Source of the DNA: Escherichia phage chee24
DNA length: 64,000 nt
Sequence record: NC_047885.1
Direction: 5' to 3' (one strand)
The notes beneath the pieces are model-generated. The model had not been told where the DNA came from and ran no database searches. It saw only the letters and a program-made list of their open reading frames with translations. Positions within the stretch are counted from its first letter, which is position 1, and each line of letters opens with the position of its first letter. The position numbers and the translations under genes were made by a program. Positions 1-8,750 of this stretch are shown piece by piece.

Positions 1-222
1 GTAAAACATCTTAAATATCGCTTAATCTATAACGGACGTATGGAAACTGAAGAGCTAGCTCAATTAGCTATTAACTCTAATGAGGTTATGGTGCGTGCGC
101 TGGCAATTGAAAAGTTGCGGGCTTCTTATGAAAGCCGTATTATGCGGCTGGAGGAAACCCTTTATGGACTTCTTGAATCAGAAGCTAAAAGCAACCCAGA
201 GGACAGGCCTACTAAGCAATAG
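1..222 (+). CDS. hypothetical protein, probably 3' end of a gene truncated by the window start (alternative ATG start at 40)
   Basis: Reading frame is open from position 1 with no stop before 222; no convincing RBS before the ATG at 40. Confidence 0.3.
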   Translation, partial: VKHLKYRLIYNGRMETEELAQLAINSNEVMVRALAIEKLRASYESRIMRLEETLYGLLESEAKSNPEDRPTKQ

Positions 223-276
223 AAGGTATGCATATAGGGAATAATTTTACTCCCAAAACATTATCGAAGGATTTAA

Positions 277-1116
277 GTGAGGAATTGTACAGTGCGTAGA
301 TTAATTATTATCAGTGGTGCAGGTTTGAGTGTTGAAAGTGGTGTACGAGCCTTCCGTACTGATACTGCTAGTGGTAAAGCATTGTGGGATGATTATGACT
401 TAGAAGAGGTATGTAATATTCATGCCTTTCGTGGTAACTTTTATCATAAAACCCATATGTTTTACAACAAGCGACGTGAAGAGCTAGAAACTGTTGAACC
501 TAACCTTGCGCATCTTCGTATTGGTGAGTGGTATAAGAAATATCCGGGTCAAGTAGTAAATTTGACTACTAACGTTGATGACCTTATTGAGCGTGCTGGT
601 GTTCCCCATAATGATATTCTCCACATTCATGGATACTTAAAGGAGGTTGTTGTAGCTGATAGCTATAATAGTAGCAATAAACGAGTTATTGATGTTGGGT
701 ATAGCTCTATTGACCCAGATGATTATAAATGGGTTAAACCTAATGTAATCTTCTTTGGTGAGCATGCTCCAGCGTACGCAGAAATGTACAATATTTTTGA
801 TGGTATTACTAGTCAAGATATGATCGTTGTAGTTGGTTGCTCTAACCAAGTAATTAATTTCTACTGGGAATTATTTCCTATTCTTAACCGTACTGCTGCG
901 AAACTTATGGTGGTTAACTACTACGATAGTGCCCTAGCGGCAGAACCAGGCTATCAAGGTATGACTCGTAGTGATATGTACCAGTTGGAAGATCGTGGTA
1001 TTCCTTACTGGAGTAAAGGTGCGGTAGATGCTTTCAGTGATCCTGGTTTTATTGCTCGTGTAGAAGCTCATCTAGAGGGTAGACCTTATATGCCGGGAAA
1101 ACAAATATGTCCATAG
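277..1116 (+). CDS. Sir2 (sirtuin)-family NAD-binding protein
   Basis: 279 aa with GTG start 5 nt after AAGGA. Rossmann motif GAGLSVESGVRAFR, TTNVDDL (sirtuin TQNID-like) and catalytic-type HG in LHIHGYL. No CxxC zinc-ribbon pairs, so deacetylase versus NADase cannot be decided. Confidence 0.7.
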   Translation: MRNCTVRRLIIISGAGLSVESGVRAFRTDTASGKALWDDYDLEEVCNIHAFRGNFYHKTHMFYNKRREELETVEPNLAHLRIGEWYKKYPGQVVNLTTNVDDLIERAGVPHNDILHIHGYLKEVVVADSYNSSNKRVIDVGYSSIDPDDYKWVKPNVIFFGEHAPAYAEMYNIFDGITSQDMIVVVGCSNQVINFYWELFPILNRTAAKLMVVNYYDSALAAEPGYQGMTRSDMYQLEDRGIPYWSKGAVDAFSDPGFIARVEAHLEGRPYMPGKQICP

Positions 1117-1289
1117 TTAAATCTGTATATACACATCCCGATGATATATTTGTATGGGCGGATGGTAGTTGGTGCTATCGATGTGAGCTATGGGAAATGG
1201 ACTATAAATCCGATGACTATGGTGTCATATATGTTGATACGGTTGAGTATGATACGTTCTTAGAAAGGGACAAAAATGGAAATAAGTAA
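1107..1289 (+). CDS. hypothetical small protein (60 aa)
   Basis: ATG ORF overlapping the end of the Sir2-like gene and the start of the next gene; compact phage-style packing; no recognisable motifs. Confidence 0.3.
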   Translation: MSIVKSVYTHPDDIFVWADGSWCYRCELWEMDYKSDDYGVIYVDTVEYDTFLERDKNGNK

Positions 1290-1782
1290 TACTCCAATTA
1301 TTTTTCTAGATATTGATGGGGTGCTCAACTCTAGCATCTCCCATCACCATGCACCTGATGATGAGAAGATTTTCTTCGGAAGTGACTGGGTTTTTAAGCC
1401 GCTTCTCAAGGCTTTTCAGGACTTTATTCGTCCTTCTCCAATAATGATTGTTGGGGTATCTTCATGGTTCTCTGTCAGGAATGAGATGGAGAACGTTCAG
1501 ATTATGACCGGATTAGATCTTATCGATCGTTTTCTTGGTACAACGGATTTTACTGGTGGTGGGCTATCTAGGGGTAATTCTGTTCTTCGCTTCGTTGAAA
1601 AGCATAAGCTCAAACATTGGTGTGTGCTGGATGACGCTGGTGCTATGATGTATCAGTATCCAACGGTTATAGTCAACGGTAGAACTGGAATAAATCTTCA
1701 AGATTTAAGAGCTGTTAGCTATATGTTAGAATTTAGTCCAGATCTTGAAATGTGTAAAGCCCTACAACAATTTAAGGTGTAA
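1276..1782 (+). CDS. HAD-superfamily phosphatase-like protein
   Basis: 168 aa; N-terminal FLDIDGVLN (HAD motif I, DxDGx) and C-terminal VLDDAG (motif IV-like); RBS AAGGGA upstream. Confidence 0.55.
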   Translation: MEISNTPIIFLDIDGVLNSSISHHHAPDDEKIFFGSDWVFKPLLKAFQDFIRPSPIMIVGVSSWFSVRNEMENVQIMTGLDLIDRFLGTTDFTGGGLSRGNSVLRFVEKHKLKHWCVLDDAGAMMYQYPTVIVNGRTGINLQDLRAVSYMLEFSPDLEMCKALQQFKV

Positions 1783-1784
1783 AT

Positions 1785-2213
1785 ATGTTCAATAATGTAT
1801 TTTCTAAAGAAGCTAACCCAATATTGGTTAATTTTTGGCGTACTCTTCCAGCCAATCTGTACAATGAGGCTATTAACTCCTTGAAAATATGGTGTGAGAA
1901 TAACGAAATCTCCTTTGCTTTTAAAGATGATATTGATGAGGCTCCCTGTATTGGTTTAATTGTTCAGGTAGAGGAGGGTCTTGAAGAAATTGTCGGTTGG
2001 AAAGAGTTAGATGAAATGGGCTTAGTTTTTGCGTTAAACTATAAGCTGTTTATGCCTGCTAAGCATCGCCTCGTTGTTAACTATAAAACTAGTGAATCTC
2101 CTGGTTTTCAGGTTAATGAACGTTATGGTTGGTCTTACTCACCGGAAGAAGTAAATGAGGGGATTCAGAAACTTCGACATTTCGGGTATATGATCCCAGG
2201 TTTAACTGCTTAA
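1785..2213 (+). CDS. hypothetical protein, member of a tandem paralog pair
   Basis: 142 aa; shares blocks with the next ORF (APCIG / DPCIG, MGLVFALN / MGLIVALN, GYMIPGL / GIYVPGL). Confidence 0.5.
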   Translation: MFNNVFSKEANPILVNFWRTLPANLYNEAINSLKIWCENNEISFAFKDDIDEAPCIGLIVQVEEGLEEIVGWKELDEMGLVFALNYKLFMPAKHRLVVNYKTSESPGFQVNERYGWSYSPEEVNEGIQKLRHFGYMIPGLTA

Positions 2214-2222
2214 GGAGGCAGA

Positions 2223-2615
2223 ATGGAACAAGTATATTGGCGTCAGATTGACCCTAGTTTGGTGAAACGTGCGGAGAAGCTGCTACAACGTTGGTTGGGG
2301 GTAAGACAAGTCTCCTTCACTTTTCCGGAGCAGCAAACGGATGATCCATGCATTGGCGTTTTCCTGTCTGGATATGCCGGGGAATGGGAATTGGATTGGA
2401 ATGAATTGTCTGCTATGGGCTTGATTGTTGCCCTAAACTTCTCTTTGTTCCATCCACGTGGTTTGGCCATATGTCGTGTGCCTGATGATGGTTGTTCGCC
2501 CCATCTTTTACAGGTGGAAGATGATATTTGGGAGTACACTCCAGATATTCTCACAGAAGCTAAAGAACAATTAAATCGTGTTGGGATTTATGTTCCGGGC
2601 TTAAATGATGAATGA
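2223..2615 (+). CDS. hypothetical protein, member of a tandem paralog pair
   Basis: 130 aa; strong RBS TAAGGAGG 6 nt before the ATG; paralogous to 1785..2213; followed by a terminator hairpin. Confidence 0.55.
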   Translation: MEQVYWRQIDPSLVKRAEKLLQRWLGVRQVSFTFPEQQTDDPCIGVFLSGYAGEWELDWNELSAMGLIVALNFSLFHPRGLAICRVPDDGCSPHLLQVEDDIWEYTPDILTEAKEQLNRVGIYVPGLNDE

Positions 2616-2639
2616 TTTTTATTAGCTGAACTCTGATTA

Positions 2640-2663
2640 CCGAGTCATTTTGGCTCGGTTTTA
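2640..2663 (+). terminator. rho-independent terminator
   Basis: Hairpin CCGAGTC-ATTTT-GGCTCGG followed by TTTTA, 25 nt after the stop of 2223..2615. Confidence 0.6.
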
Positions 2664-2706
2664 TCCGTACTCAAGACCAATGATAGCACCATCCGGAAAA
2701 TTTTAC

Positions 2707-2735
2707 TTGCATGATGCCCAAAATCTTGATATAAT
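2707..2735 (+). promoter_or_regulatory. sigma70-type promoter (TTGCAT-17-TATAAT, TG-extended -10)
   Basis: -35 TTGCAT about 2707-2712 and -10 TATAAT about 2730-2735 with TG two nt upstream; same downstream box (ATTTATATTGAATTGAGAG) as the other promoters here. Confidence 0.55.
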
Positions 2736-3234
2736 ATTTATATTGAATTGAGAGACATTAGTAAAAATTGATTTTGCTAATTTTTCTTGTTTACAATCCG
2801 CGATACGGAACAGTTAGGCTGCCCCATTAAGGGTTGTTTTAACTGTTACGTGTTAGTTTTTAAACAAATAGTTAATAGAATACTTAGCGATCTGCGTCCC
2901 GTAGGAACCCTGGTAAGGCCTCGAAGCAACCTAGATAGAGGTGGTTGTGAAGTGAGACGGGAGGAGTGAAAAACTCCGAGACGTGATTCTGTAAGTTATA
3001 TTGCATCTAGTATGAGCTAGTATATGAAGCATTAGGTGAGCAAATCTGGCTTAGCGGCCATCCTCAAGGATTTGTGCGGTATAGCAAAGCAGCAGCGCAG
3101 CGTGAAAGTGGAAGTTGCCACCCCACTTCAGTATTTGCGATTAATTTGTTGAGAAATTGACAGTAACAGTTGTTCTATTCTTTCTGAATAGTCCTAAAGA
3201 AAACTTATTTCATTTCCAACACAGGAGTATTGTT

Positions 3235-6024
3235 GTGTTTTCAATCCTACAAGGTCATGCAGGATTTCATCGCGATTTAGCCACAGGCAATTGGCGAGAA
3301 GTTAAAGCAGAAGATTATCTTTTTGCTAAAAGATTTTCCTCAAAGCATCCTGAAGGTAAACCAGCTTCAATGCCCTTCAAGTTTGATGTAATTGACGAAG
3401 TTGATCCTCAAACCCTAGTAGAAATGCTTCCTCTTATGAGACGTTTAACGTCTGACCCTCATATCGTTGCGGTACGAGGTCGATGTCTTGCACCTAAAAA
3501 TAATGTGCGACGTAAGAAGGGCAACTTTAATGTATCTAATCCAAGTCATATAATCGCAATGGATGTGGATGGTATTGTAGATACAGGAGGTTGTAACAAG
3601 TTTGATCTTGTTGGCATGGCGCGTCATATTATTAGGATGTTGAATAGTATTAGTGAGGATATGTTTCCTCTTGATGCAGGGTTTATTGCTCATGCATCAT
3701 CTTCGGCTGGACTAAAACCAGGTATCCGAATGCACTTAATACTAGAATCTAATGTTAAAGTTACACAGGGCCAGATCAAGTTCTTATTTACATCTATCAA
3801 CGAAAGTAGTAGACAAAAGTATGGTTTTGATATTGCCGACTTAGCTTATTACTCTTCCGTACAGCTCCACTATTTTGCAGATCCTTTATTTACTGATGGT
3901 ATAGTTGATCCGTTTAAAGCGGAGAGTGCTTCACGTCTGGTATTTGTTAAAGGCTCAAAAGTAAATTTACCTAATAATCTAGTTGACTATGAAACAACTA
4001 GAGGAGAGTTTAAAGAGGAATTCTACTCTTTACTCGATCAAATTAAAGGTAAAAAAGCTGCCTCTGATAAAGTAGAGGAAACTATCAGTGAGCTAGAAGA
4101 GGCTGATGATGGGGTATACTTACGTATTATTCCAAAGCTATATCACCGAGCGTTAGAGGATGGGGTAGATTTTGGTTGGCTAGAGAAAGAAATCCGCCCA
4201 GCTTTATCAGAATATATTGCAACTAAAGATAATAGCCGTAATATTCAGGATTATTTCAATAACGGACGGAAGCAGGCATTAAAAGCCTTTGTGAATAACT
4301 CTAAGCGTGAGATCCCTGAAGTATTAAAAGGTATCCCCCTTAAAAAGCTAGAAACTAACTCACTAGAGACCGACAACTTCTTGAAATTAAATACTGTACC
4401 ACCAGAAGGCTATATGACTTTTGTAAAAGCAAGTCTAGGTACAGGTAAAACCACGGCTGTTGTTCGTTGGCTGGATTCAGGGGTTATTAAAGGTAATTTC
4501 TTAGCAATTACCAATACTAGGGCACTAGTGTCTTCAAATGCTAAGAAATTTAGCGCAGGTCAATATGATAAATCTGTAGATATGCTCAACTTTAAACGTG
4601 GGGCTATTGATCGTATGTCCACAACCATTCACTCTTTGCATAAGTTTAAGAGTTTTATTGGTCAAATTGATGCAATCTTTATAGATGAATGTGATGCAGT
4701 AATGAATGACCTATTATTCGCCCCGGTTGTTAAGCAACGTCGCGAGTGTATTCAGGTTCTTCGAGATATTCTTGCAACTGCAAAAATAATTATATTATCT
4801 GATGGAGATATTAGTGCAGAAACAATTGAAGCATATGGTTCTTTGATTGAGTTTGATAAACCAGTTGCATTTTACAATCACCACCGTAAAATGTTATCAA
4901 AGGCTCATGCTTATGAGTTTCCTGATGAATCCAGTATTTGGGTTGCACTTCAAACATCACTAGAGATGGGTGAGAAATCTATTCTAGTATCTGATTGTGG
5001 CCCTGATGAGCTGAATGAGAAGGGTATGGCACTACGTCGTAATACTGGTGCGTTAGTTAAGGAAATCCATTCAAACTCTACCTCAGATGTGGATATTCGA
5101 CGTATTCTGGATTATACAACTAATGAGCTAATTGATCAACAAATTGATTGCTTATTATGTAGTCCATCCGTAACGAGTGGTGTTGACTTCAACTATTTTG
5201 ATAACGTATTCGTTATTACTAGAACCAGTAATCAAGCGCCAAACATGCGTTTTCAAGCAATCAGGCGCGACCGTGGTGCTCAGAACATCTATTATTTTAT
5301 TGATAAATCCACTAGTGGATTCTCCGCAGGTTCTGAACAATATAATATTGATGAAGGTTGGCTGGAGTTAGCACAGCAATTATACGCACGTCGCAGGGAG
5401 CTGGAATCTAGAAACTATACTAGTACCTTACGTTATTACTTGCTTGATCAGGGTGCAACTATTGATATTTTCAGCGAAAGCTGGGGAACTATTGAAGGTG
5501 CTGGTAAAGAGTACACAGAAGAGCGAATCAAAGCTATTCTACATTCAACCCCGGATTATTGTGCTCCACGTCATGCGGATGCGTATGAAGCTAAACTACT
5601 TCTTGTTCGCTATTATCATCTTGAGTCTATTAAAGATGTAACAGTTGAGCATGTTGAACAATATATCAAAGATAAACCGAATGATCGAGCTGCATTCTTC
5701 CATAAGATGCACGAGATGTTCTGGGAAGATATTAAGAAGTGTTCAAATATAACCATTAAACCATTCATAGAAGCTCTAAAAGGTAAGAAAAAGGACTTCT
5801 TCCTTAAAACAGGTCAGAGTGCTAACCCAAAATATGCTAGAATGTATCTTGGTATGATGGGTATCGGTAAGGATATGAACACTGAAAATATCGTAGACTG
5901 GTATAGAACCTACTGCAAAATCGAGTGTATGCCAATTCCTTATAAGTTCATGACTGATGAGGAAAAACATATGCACGATGAAGCAATGTCAGAACTAGGT
6001 GCTAGAAATGACAGTGAAGAATAA
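3235..6024 (+). CDS. replication protein: AEP primase-polymerase-like N-terminal domain fused to a P-loop helicase/ATPase (origin-binding-protein-like)
   Basis: Longest ORF begins at TTG 3157; the likelier start is GTG 3235 (AGGAG 7 nt upstream). N-terminal HIIAMDVDG (AEP DxD-like) and AHASSSAGLKPGIRMH; Walker A SLGTGKTT and Walker B IFIDECDAV mid-protein. Confidence 0.6.
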   Translation: MFSILQGHAGFHRDLATGNWREVKAEDYLFAKRFSSKHPEGKPASMPFKFDVIDEVDPQTLVEMLPLMRRLTSDPHIVAVRGRCLAPKNNVRRKKGNFNVSNPSHIIAMDVDGIVDTGGCNKFDLVGMARHIIRMLNSISEDMFPLDAGFIAHASSSAGLKPGIRMHLILESNVKVTQGQIKFLFTSINESSRQKYGFDIADLAYYSSVQLHYFADPLFTDGIVDPFKAESASRLVFVKGSKVNLPNNLVDYETTRGEFKEEFYSLLDQIKGKKAASDKVEETISELEEADDGVYLRIIPKLYHRALEDGVDFGWLEKEIRPALSEYIATKDNSRNIQDYFNNGRKQALKAFVNNSKREIPEVLKGIPLKKLETNSLETDNFLKLNTVPPEGYMTFVKASLGTGKTTAVVRWLDSGVIKGNFLAITNTRALVSSNAKKFSAGQYDKSVDMLNFKRGAIDRMSTTIHSLHKFKSFIGQIDAIFIDECDAVMNDLLFAPVVKQRRECIQVLRDILATAKIIILSDGDISAETIEAYGSLIEFDKPVAFYNHHRKMLSKAHAYEFPDESSIWVALQTSLEMGEKSILVSDCGPDELNEKGMALRRNTGALVKEIHSNSTSDVDIRRILDYTTNELIDQQIDCLLCSPSVTSGVDFNYFDNVFVITRTSNQAPNMRFQAIRRDRGAQNIYYFIDKSTSGFSAGSEQYNIDEGWLELAQQLYARRRELESRNYTSTLRYYLLDQGATIDIFSESWGTIEGAGKEYTEERIKAILHSTPDYCAPRHADAYEAKLLLVRYYHLESIKDVTVEHVEQYIKDKPNDRAAFFHKMHEMFWEDIKKCSNITIKPFIEALKGKKKDFFLKTGQSANPKYARMYLGMMGIGKDMNTENIVDWYRTYCKIECMPIPYKFMTDEEKHMHDEAMSELGARNDSEE

Positions 6025-6241
6025 AAAATGGGAAACAAGGAAGTTTCCAGTGAAAGAGCGTAAAGTTCCTGTTTATGATACTTCGGAAAAGCTATGTAGG
6101 GTGGTACCACATAGATTAGCTGGTATCCCTAACATATCCGAGTGGTTACTTAAACAACGGAGGACTAACGTATCTCTTCGCATAGGGTTTGAGTTAGATA
6201 AAGTATATGCTGAACTTTCTTCTTTGCTCAAGGAATCGTAA
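6008..6241 (+). CDS. hypothetical small basic protein
   Basis: ATG at 6008 preceded by AGGTG; overlaps the 3' end of the upstream gene; lysine/arginine-rich; ends just before the PN25-like promoter. Confidence 0.3.
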   Translation: MTVKNKKWETRKFPVKERKVPVYDTSEKLCRVVPHRLAGIPNISEWLLKQRRTNVSLRIGFELDKVYAELSSLLKES

Positions 6242-6249
6242 AAATTTAT

Positions 6250-6278
6250 TTGCTTTCAGGAAAATTTTTCTGTATAAT
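6250..6278 (+). promoter_or_regulatory. strong early promoter, T5 PN25-like
   Basis: AAAATTTATTTGCTTTCAGGAAAATTTTTCTGTATAATAGATTCATAAATTTGAGAGAGGAG: AT-rich UP, -35 TTGCTT, 17-nt spacer, TG + TATAAT; matches the PN25 promoter as I recall it. Confidence 0.75.
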
Positions 6279-6309
6279 AGATTCATAAATTTGAGAGAGG
6301 AGTTTAAAT

Positions 6310-7014
6310 ATGGCTGGTTCTCGCAGAAAGAAACATATCCATGAAATCCCTGATGAAGTCTTTAAAAAAGTTATAGAGCATCTGGAGAACGGTGGTACCA
6401 AGAAAGCAGCTTGTGAAATGCTCGGCGTATCATCCAATCCAACTATGGAAAGGATGATTGAAGAATGGCAAGATCGCCAAATTCAAGTTGCCGAGATGAA
6501 GAAAAAGAAACGTGGTACACTCATTGAAGGTATTGAGTTGGCCAACGTTATTGAACAGTATCTATCTGGCGATTCTTTTGAAGAGATTGCCGATCGTAAT
6601 TACCGCTCTGTAGCAATGGTTAAATCTGTTCTGGAACGATATGGTGCTCTACTTCGTTTGAACGATATTGTAGACCCATTGAATCCTCCAATTATCCCTG
6701 ACGATGCTGTAGCAGAAGAATTTGAAGTTGGAGAACTAGTTTGGGTTCCTGGATACCAGTGTATCGGTGAAATCAAAAAAGCAATGGATAATCCTGTTGG
6801 TTGTTATCGAGTCTGGTTACTATCGGAAGGAAAACAACAGAACGTTCATTATATGAATTACGAGCTGGCTTCTGTTAAACATCTGGAAAAGTTAGGGGTT
6901 GACGTAAAATCTCTGGGGTACAAGTGGACTCGTGAAGAAGTTATTACGTTGATTAATGAAGCTGTTAAGGCTGCCTTGAAACTTGATAAAGAAAAAGGAA
7001 AACGCCGTGAGTAG
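6310..7014 (+). CDS. putative DNA-binding early protein (HTH-like N-terminus)
   Basis: 234 aa directly downstream of the PN25-like promoter with RBS GAGGAG; N-terminal segment GGTKKAACEMLGVSSNPTMERMIEEW resembles a helix-turn-helix. Confidence 0.5.
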   Translation: MAGSRRKKHIHEIPDEVFKKVIEHLENGGTKKAACEMLGVSSNPTMERMIEEWQDRQIQVAEMKKKKRGTLIEGIELANVIEQYLSGDSFEEIADRNYRSVAMVKSVLERYGALLRLNDIVDPLNPPIIPDDAVAEEFEVGELVWVPGYQCIGEIKKAMDNPVGCYRVWLLSEGKQQNVHYMNYELASVKHLEKLGVDVKSLGYKWTREEVITLINEAVKAALKLDKEKGKRRE

Positions 7015-7258
7015 ACTAACTGATTTACTTAAAGATGGAGAAGTAAAAACTCTGTATCGTAGAAGCTGGGATAATGATAATAATGGCTTAGTGTTACTAA
7101 CTTTAGATGCTGACTCGGATGTAGCTACTCAGCATACCTGGGTAGCCGGTAACTATCCATATAGCGAGGTTGTTTCATTAACAGTATGCGAAGCTATTGC
7201 AGACGATTGGGAGGTTGCCAGCATCGAGGATATGCTCGCTGTTGGCCTGGTGGAGTAA
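7007..7258 (+). CDS. hypothetical protein
   Basis: GTG start overlapping the stop codon of 6310..7014 (translational coupling); acidic 83-aa product. Confidence 0.4.
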   Translation: MSRLTDLLKDGEVKTLYRRSWDNDNNGLVLLTLDADSDVATQHTWVAGNYPYSEVVSLTVCEAIADDWEVASIEDMLAVGLVE

Positions 7259-7275
7259 CTACTTAAAAATTTCAG

Positions 7276-7304
7276 TTGCTTAATCCTATAATTCTTGATA
7301 TAAT
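7276..7304 (+). promoter_or_regulatory. sigma70-type promoter (TTGCTT-17-TATAAT)
   Basis: TTGCTT AATCCTATAATTCTTGA TATAAT with TG-extended -10; about 55 nt upstream of the 7362 gene. Confidence 0.6.
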
Positions 7305-7361
7305 ATTCTCATAGTTTGAAAGAACTATTCTGTTTAATTCTTAATTAAGGAAATATAAAAT

Positions 7362-7772
7362 ATGACTACTCCAACTCAGTGGACTGATGAACTGTTCGAA
7401 AAAATGTCTTCCGAATACGTTGCTCGTATGGAGCAATTCCCAGAGGATGAACGTCCGGGTGTTAGCATGGAAATTGTTAGCGAAATTGCCCAGGAAAACG
7501 GTGTAACTCCGAACGGTTTTCGTATGAAGCTAACTAAAGCAGGTATGTATATCAAGAAAGCTGCTGGCTCCGCTTCTAAATCTAGCGCATCTGCTGGAGA
7601 AAAAGCTTCTGGTGGTTCTCGTACTTCCAAAGCCCAAGCTCATGCCGATCTTCGTTCAGCATTCTCTGATGCTGGCCTAGCACCAGATTTTCTGGATGAT
7701 GCAATTATCGACAAACTGACCGGTAAAGCGGCTGCCCATCTTGCAGAAGCAATCCGAGCTATCACTAAGTAA
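7362..7772 (+). CDS. hypothetical early protein, probably abundant
   Basis: 136 aa; promoter at 7276-7304 and RBS AAGGA; codon usage enriched for host-preferred codons (CTG, CGT, GCT, GGT) against an AT-rich background; Ala/Ser/Gly-rich linker. Confidence 0.55.
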   Translation: MTTPTQWTDELFEKMSSEYVARMEQFPEDERPGVSMEIVSEIAQENGVTPNGFRMKLTKAGMYIKKAAGSASKSSASAGEKASGGSRTSKAQAHADLRSAFSDAGLAPDFLDDAIIDKLTGKAAAHLAEAIRAITK

Positions 7773-7808
7773 TTTTTAGATAAATCCACCAACAAAAGGA
7801 ACACAGTT

Positions 7809-8105
7809 ATGACCAAAGCTGAAATTATCGCACAATGTGAAAAATTTGGTGAGTTTTATCTTCATTACGAGAAACTTCGTCAGAAAGGAACCACGTACCT
7901 TCAGGGTACGATGGAATTTGATCCAGCCCAAGATAAATATCTGGCTGAGCGTATTAAACGTGAACGTATTCGTAAAGCGAAAGATGATGAAATCCTTGTC
8001 TTCTCTCGTACTAATGATAGTTTCCGTTTTATTCCTGTCGAGAAAGTCCGTCGTGTGACTAGCCTCCAATCAGAGTTAGATCGTGCTTCTCCAGTAGGCC
8101 GATAA
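7809..8105 (+). CDS. hypothetical protein
   Basis: 98 aa; RBS AAGGA; followed by a rho-independent terminator at 8116-8137. Confidence 0.5.
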   Translation: MTKAEIIAQCEKFGEFYLHYEKLRQKGTTYLQGTMEFDPAQDKYLAERIKRERIRKAKDDEILVFSRTNDSFRFIPVEKVRRVTSLQSELDRASPVGR

Positions 8106-8115
8106 GAAACCAATT

Positions 8116-8137
8116 AGCCCCTATATGGGGCTTTTTG
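8116..8137 (+). terminator. rho-independent terminator
   Basis: AGCCCC-TATAT-GGGGCT followed by TTTTT, just after the stop of 7809..8105. Confidence 0.55.
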
Positions 8138-8155
8138 TGTATTTGGGATATGTAA

Positions 8156-8464
8156 ATGAGCGAACAGGTAAATCAAAACTATGAAGGACACGTTGATGAC
8201 CAGTCCATCATACTTTGGGAGAAGGAGGGAGAACAAGTAAGATTAACAGTATCTGAATTTCGTGGGAATCTATACATGGGTATTCGTTACTGGCTTCTTG
8301 ATATTAATGATGAATGGTTTCCAACGAAATCTGGCTTCTCTTTTCCTTACACCCTAGAAACAACATCACAGCTTTTCTATGCGTTTACACAGATTCTTAG
8401 CGAATCTGAGGTTTTACATGAAGTACAGAAACGAGCTGAAGAACTCAAAGCCAAGAATGCCTAG
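8156..8464 (+). CDS. hypothetical protein
   Basis: 102 aa; stop codon lies inside the terminator hairpin at 8450-8477. Confidence 0.5.
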   Translation: MSEQVNQNYEGHVDDQSIILWEKEGEQVRLTVSEFRGNLYMGIRYWLLDINDEWFPTKSGFSFPYTLETTSQLFYAFTQILSESEVLHEVQKRAEELKAKNA

Positions 8465-8477
8465 TTCTTGGCTTTTT
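8450..8477 (+). terminator. rho-independent terminator
   Basis: GCCAAGAA-TGCCTAG-TTCTTGGC followed by TTTTTCTTT; the stop codon of 8156..8464 is in the loop. Confidence 0.6.
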
Positions 8478-8491
8478 CTTTATAAATGTAT

Positions 8492-8520
8492 TTGCTTTCA
8501 ACTCAGTTTTGTTATATAAT
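8492..8520 (+). promoter_or_regulatory. sigma70-type promoter (TTGCTT-17-TATAAT)
   Basis: TTGCTT TCAACTCAGTTTTGTTA TATAAT then ATTTATATAAATTAATGAGAGG downstream box. Confidence 0.65.
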
Positions 8521-8549
8521 ATTTATATAAATTAATGAGAGGATCAATC

Positions 8550-8750
8550 ATGGCAATGACAATAACACTTCCCAAGATTCAAGCAAAACTTAATCTACTT
8601 TCCACAGCACGCATTAATTATCAAGATAGCATAGGCACAGTAAATCAAAAGGTGTACAAAGATGCGTTCCTGAAAGAATCTGCTGATTTGATGGATATGG
8701 TTACACAATATAATAAAGAACTCAAGATGGAAATCGCCGATGATGAATAA
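8550..8750 (+). CDS. hypothetical small protein
   Basis: ATG at 8550 with RBS GAGAGGA (the track ORF starts at 8535, inside the RBS); downstream of the promoter at 8492-8520; overlaps the ligase start. Confidence 0.4.
   Translation: MAMTITLPKIQAKLNLLSTARINYQDSIGTVNQKVYKDAFLKESADLMDMVTQYNKELKMEIADDE

Noticed and set aside
2787-2969. 60-aa ORF in the promoter-driven gap upstream of the replication gene
   Set aside because: No RBS, Cys/Arg-rich improbable product; the region is more likely non-coding leader or small RNA (reported as a finding instead).
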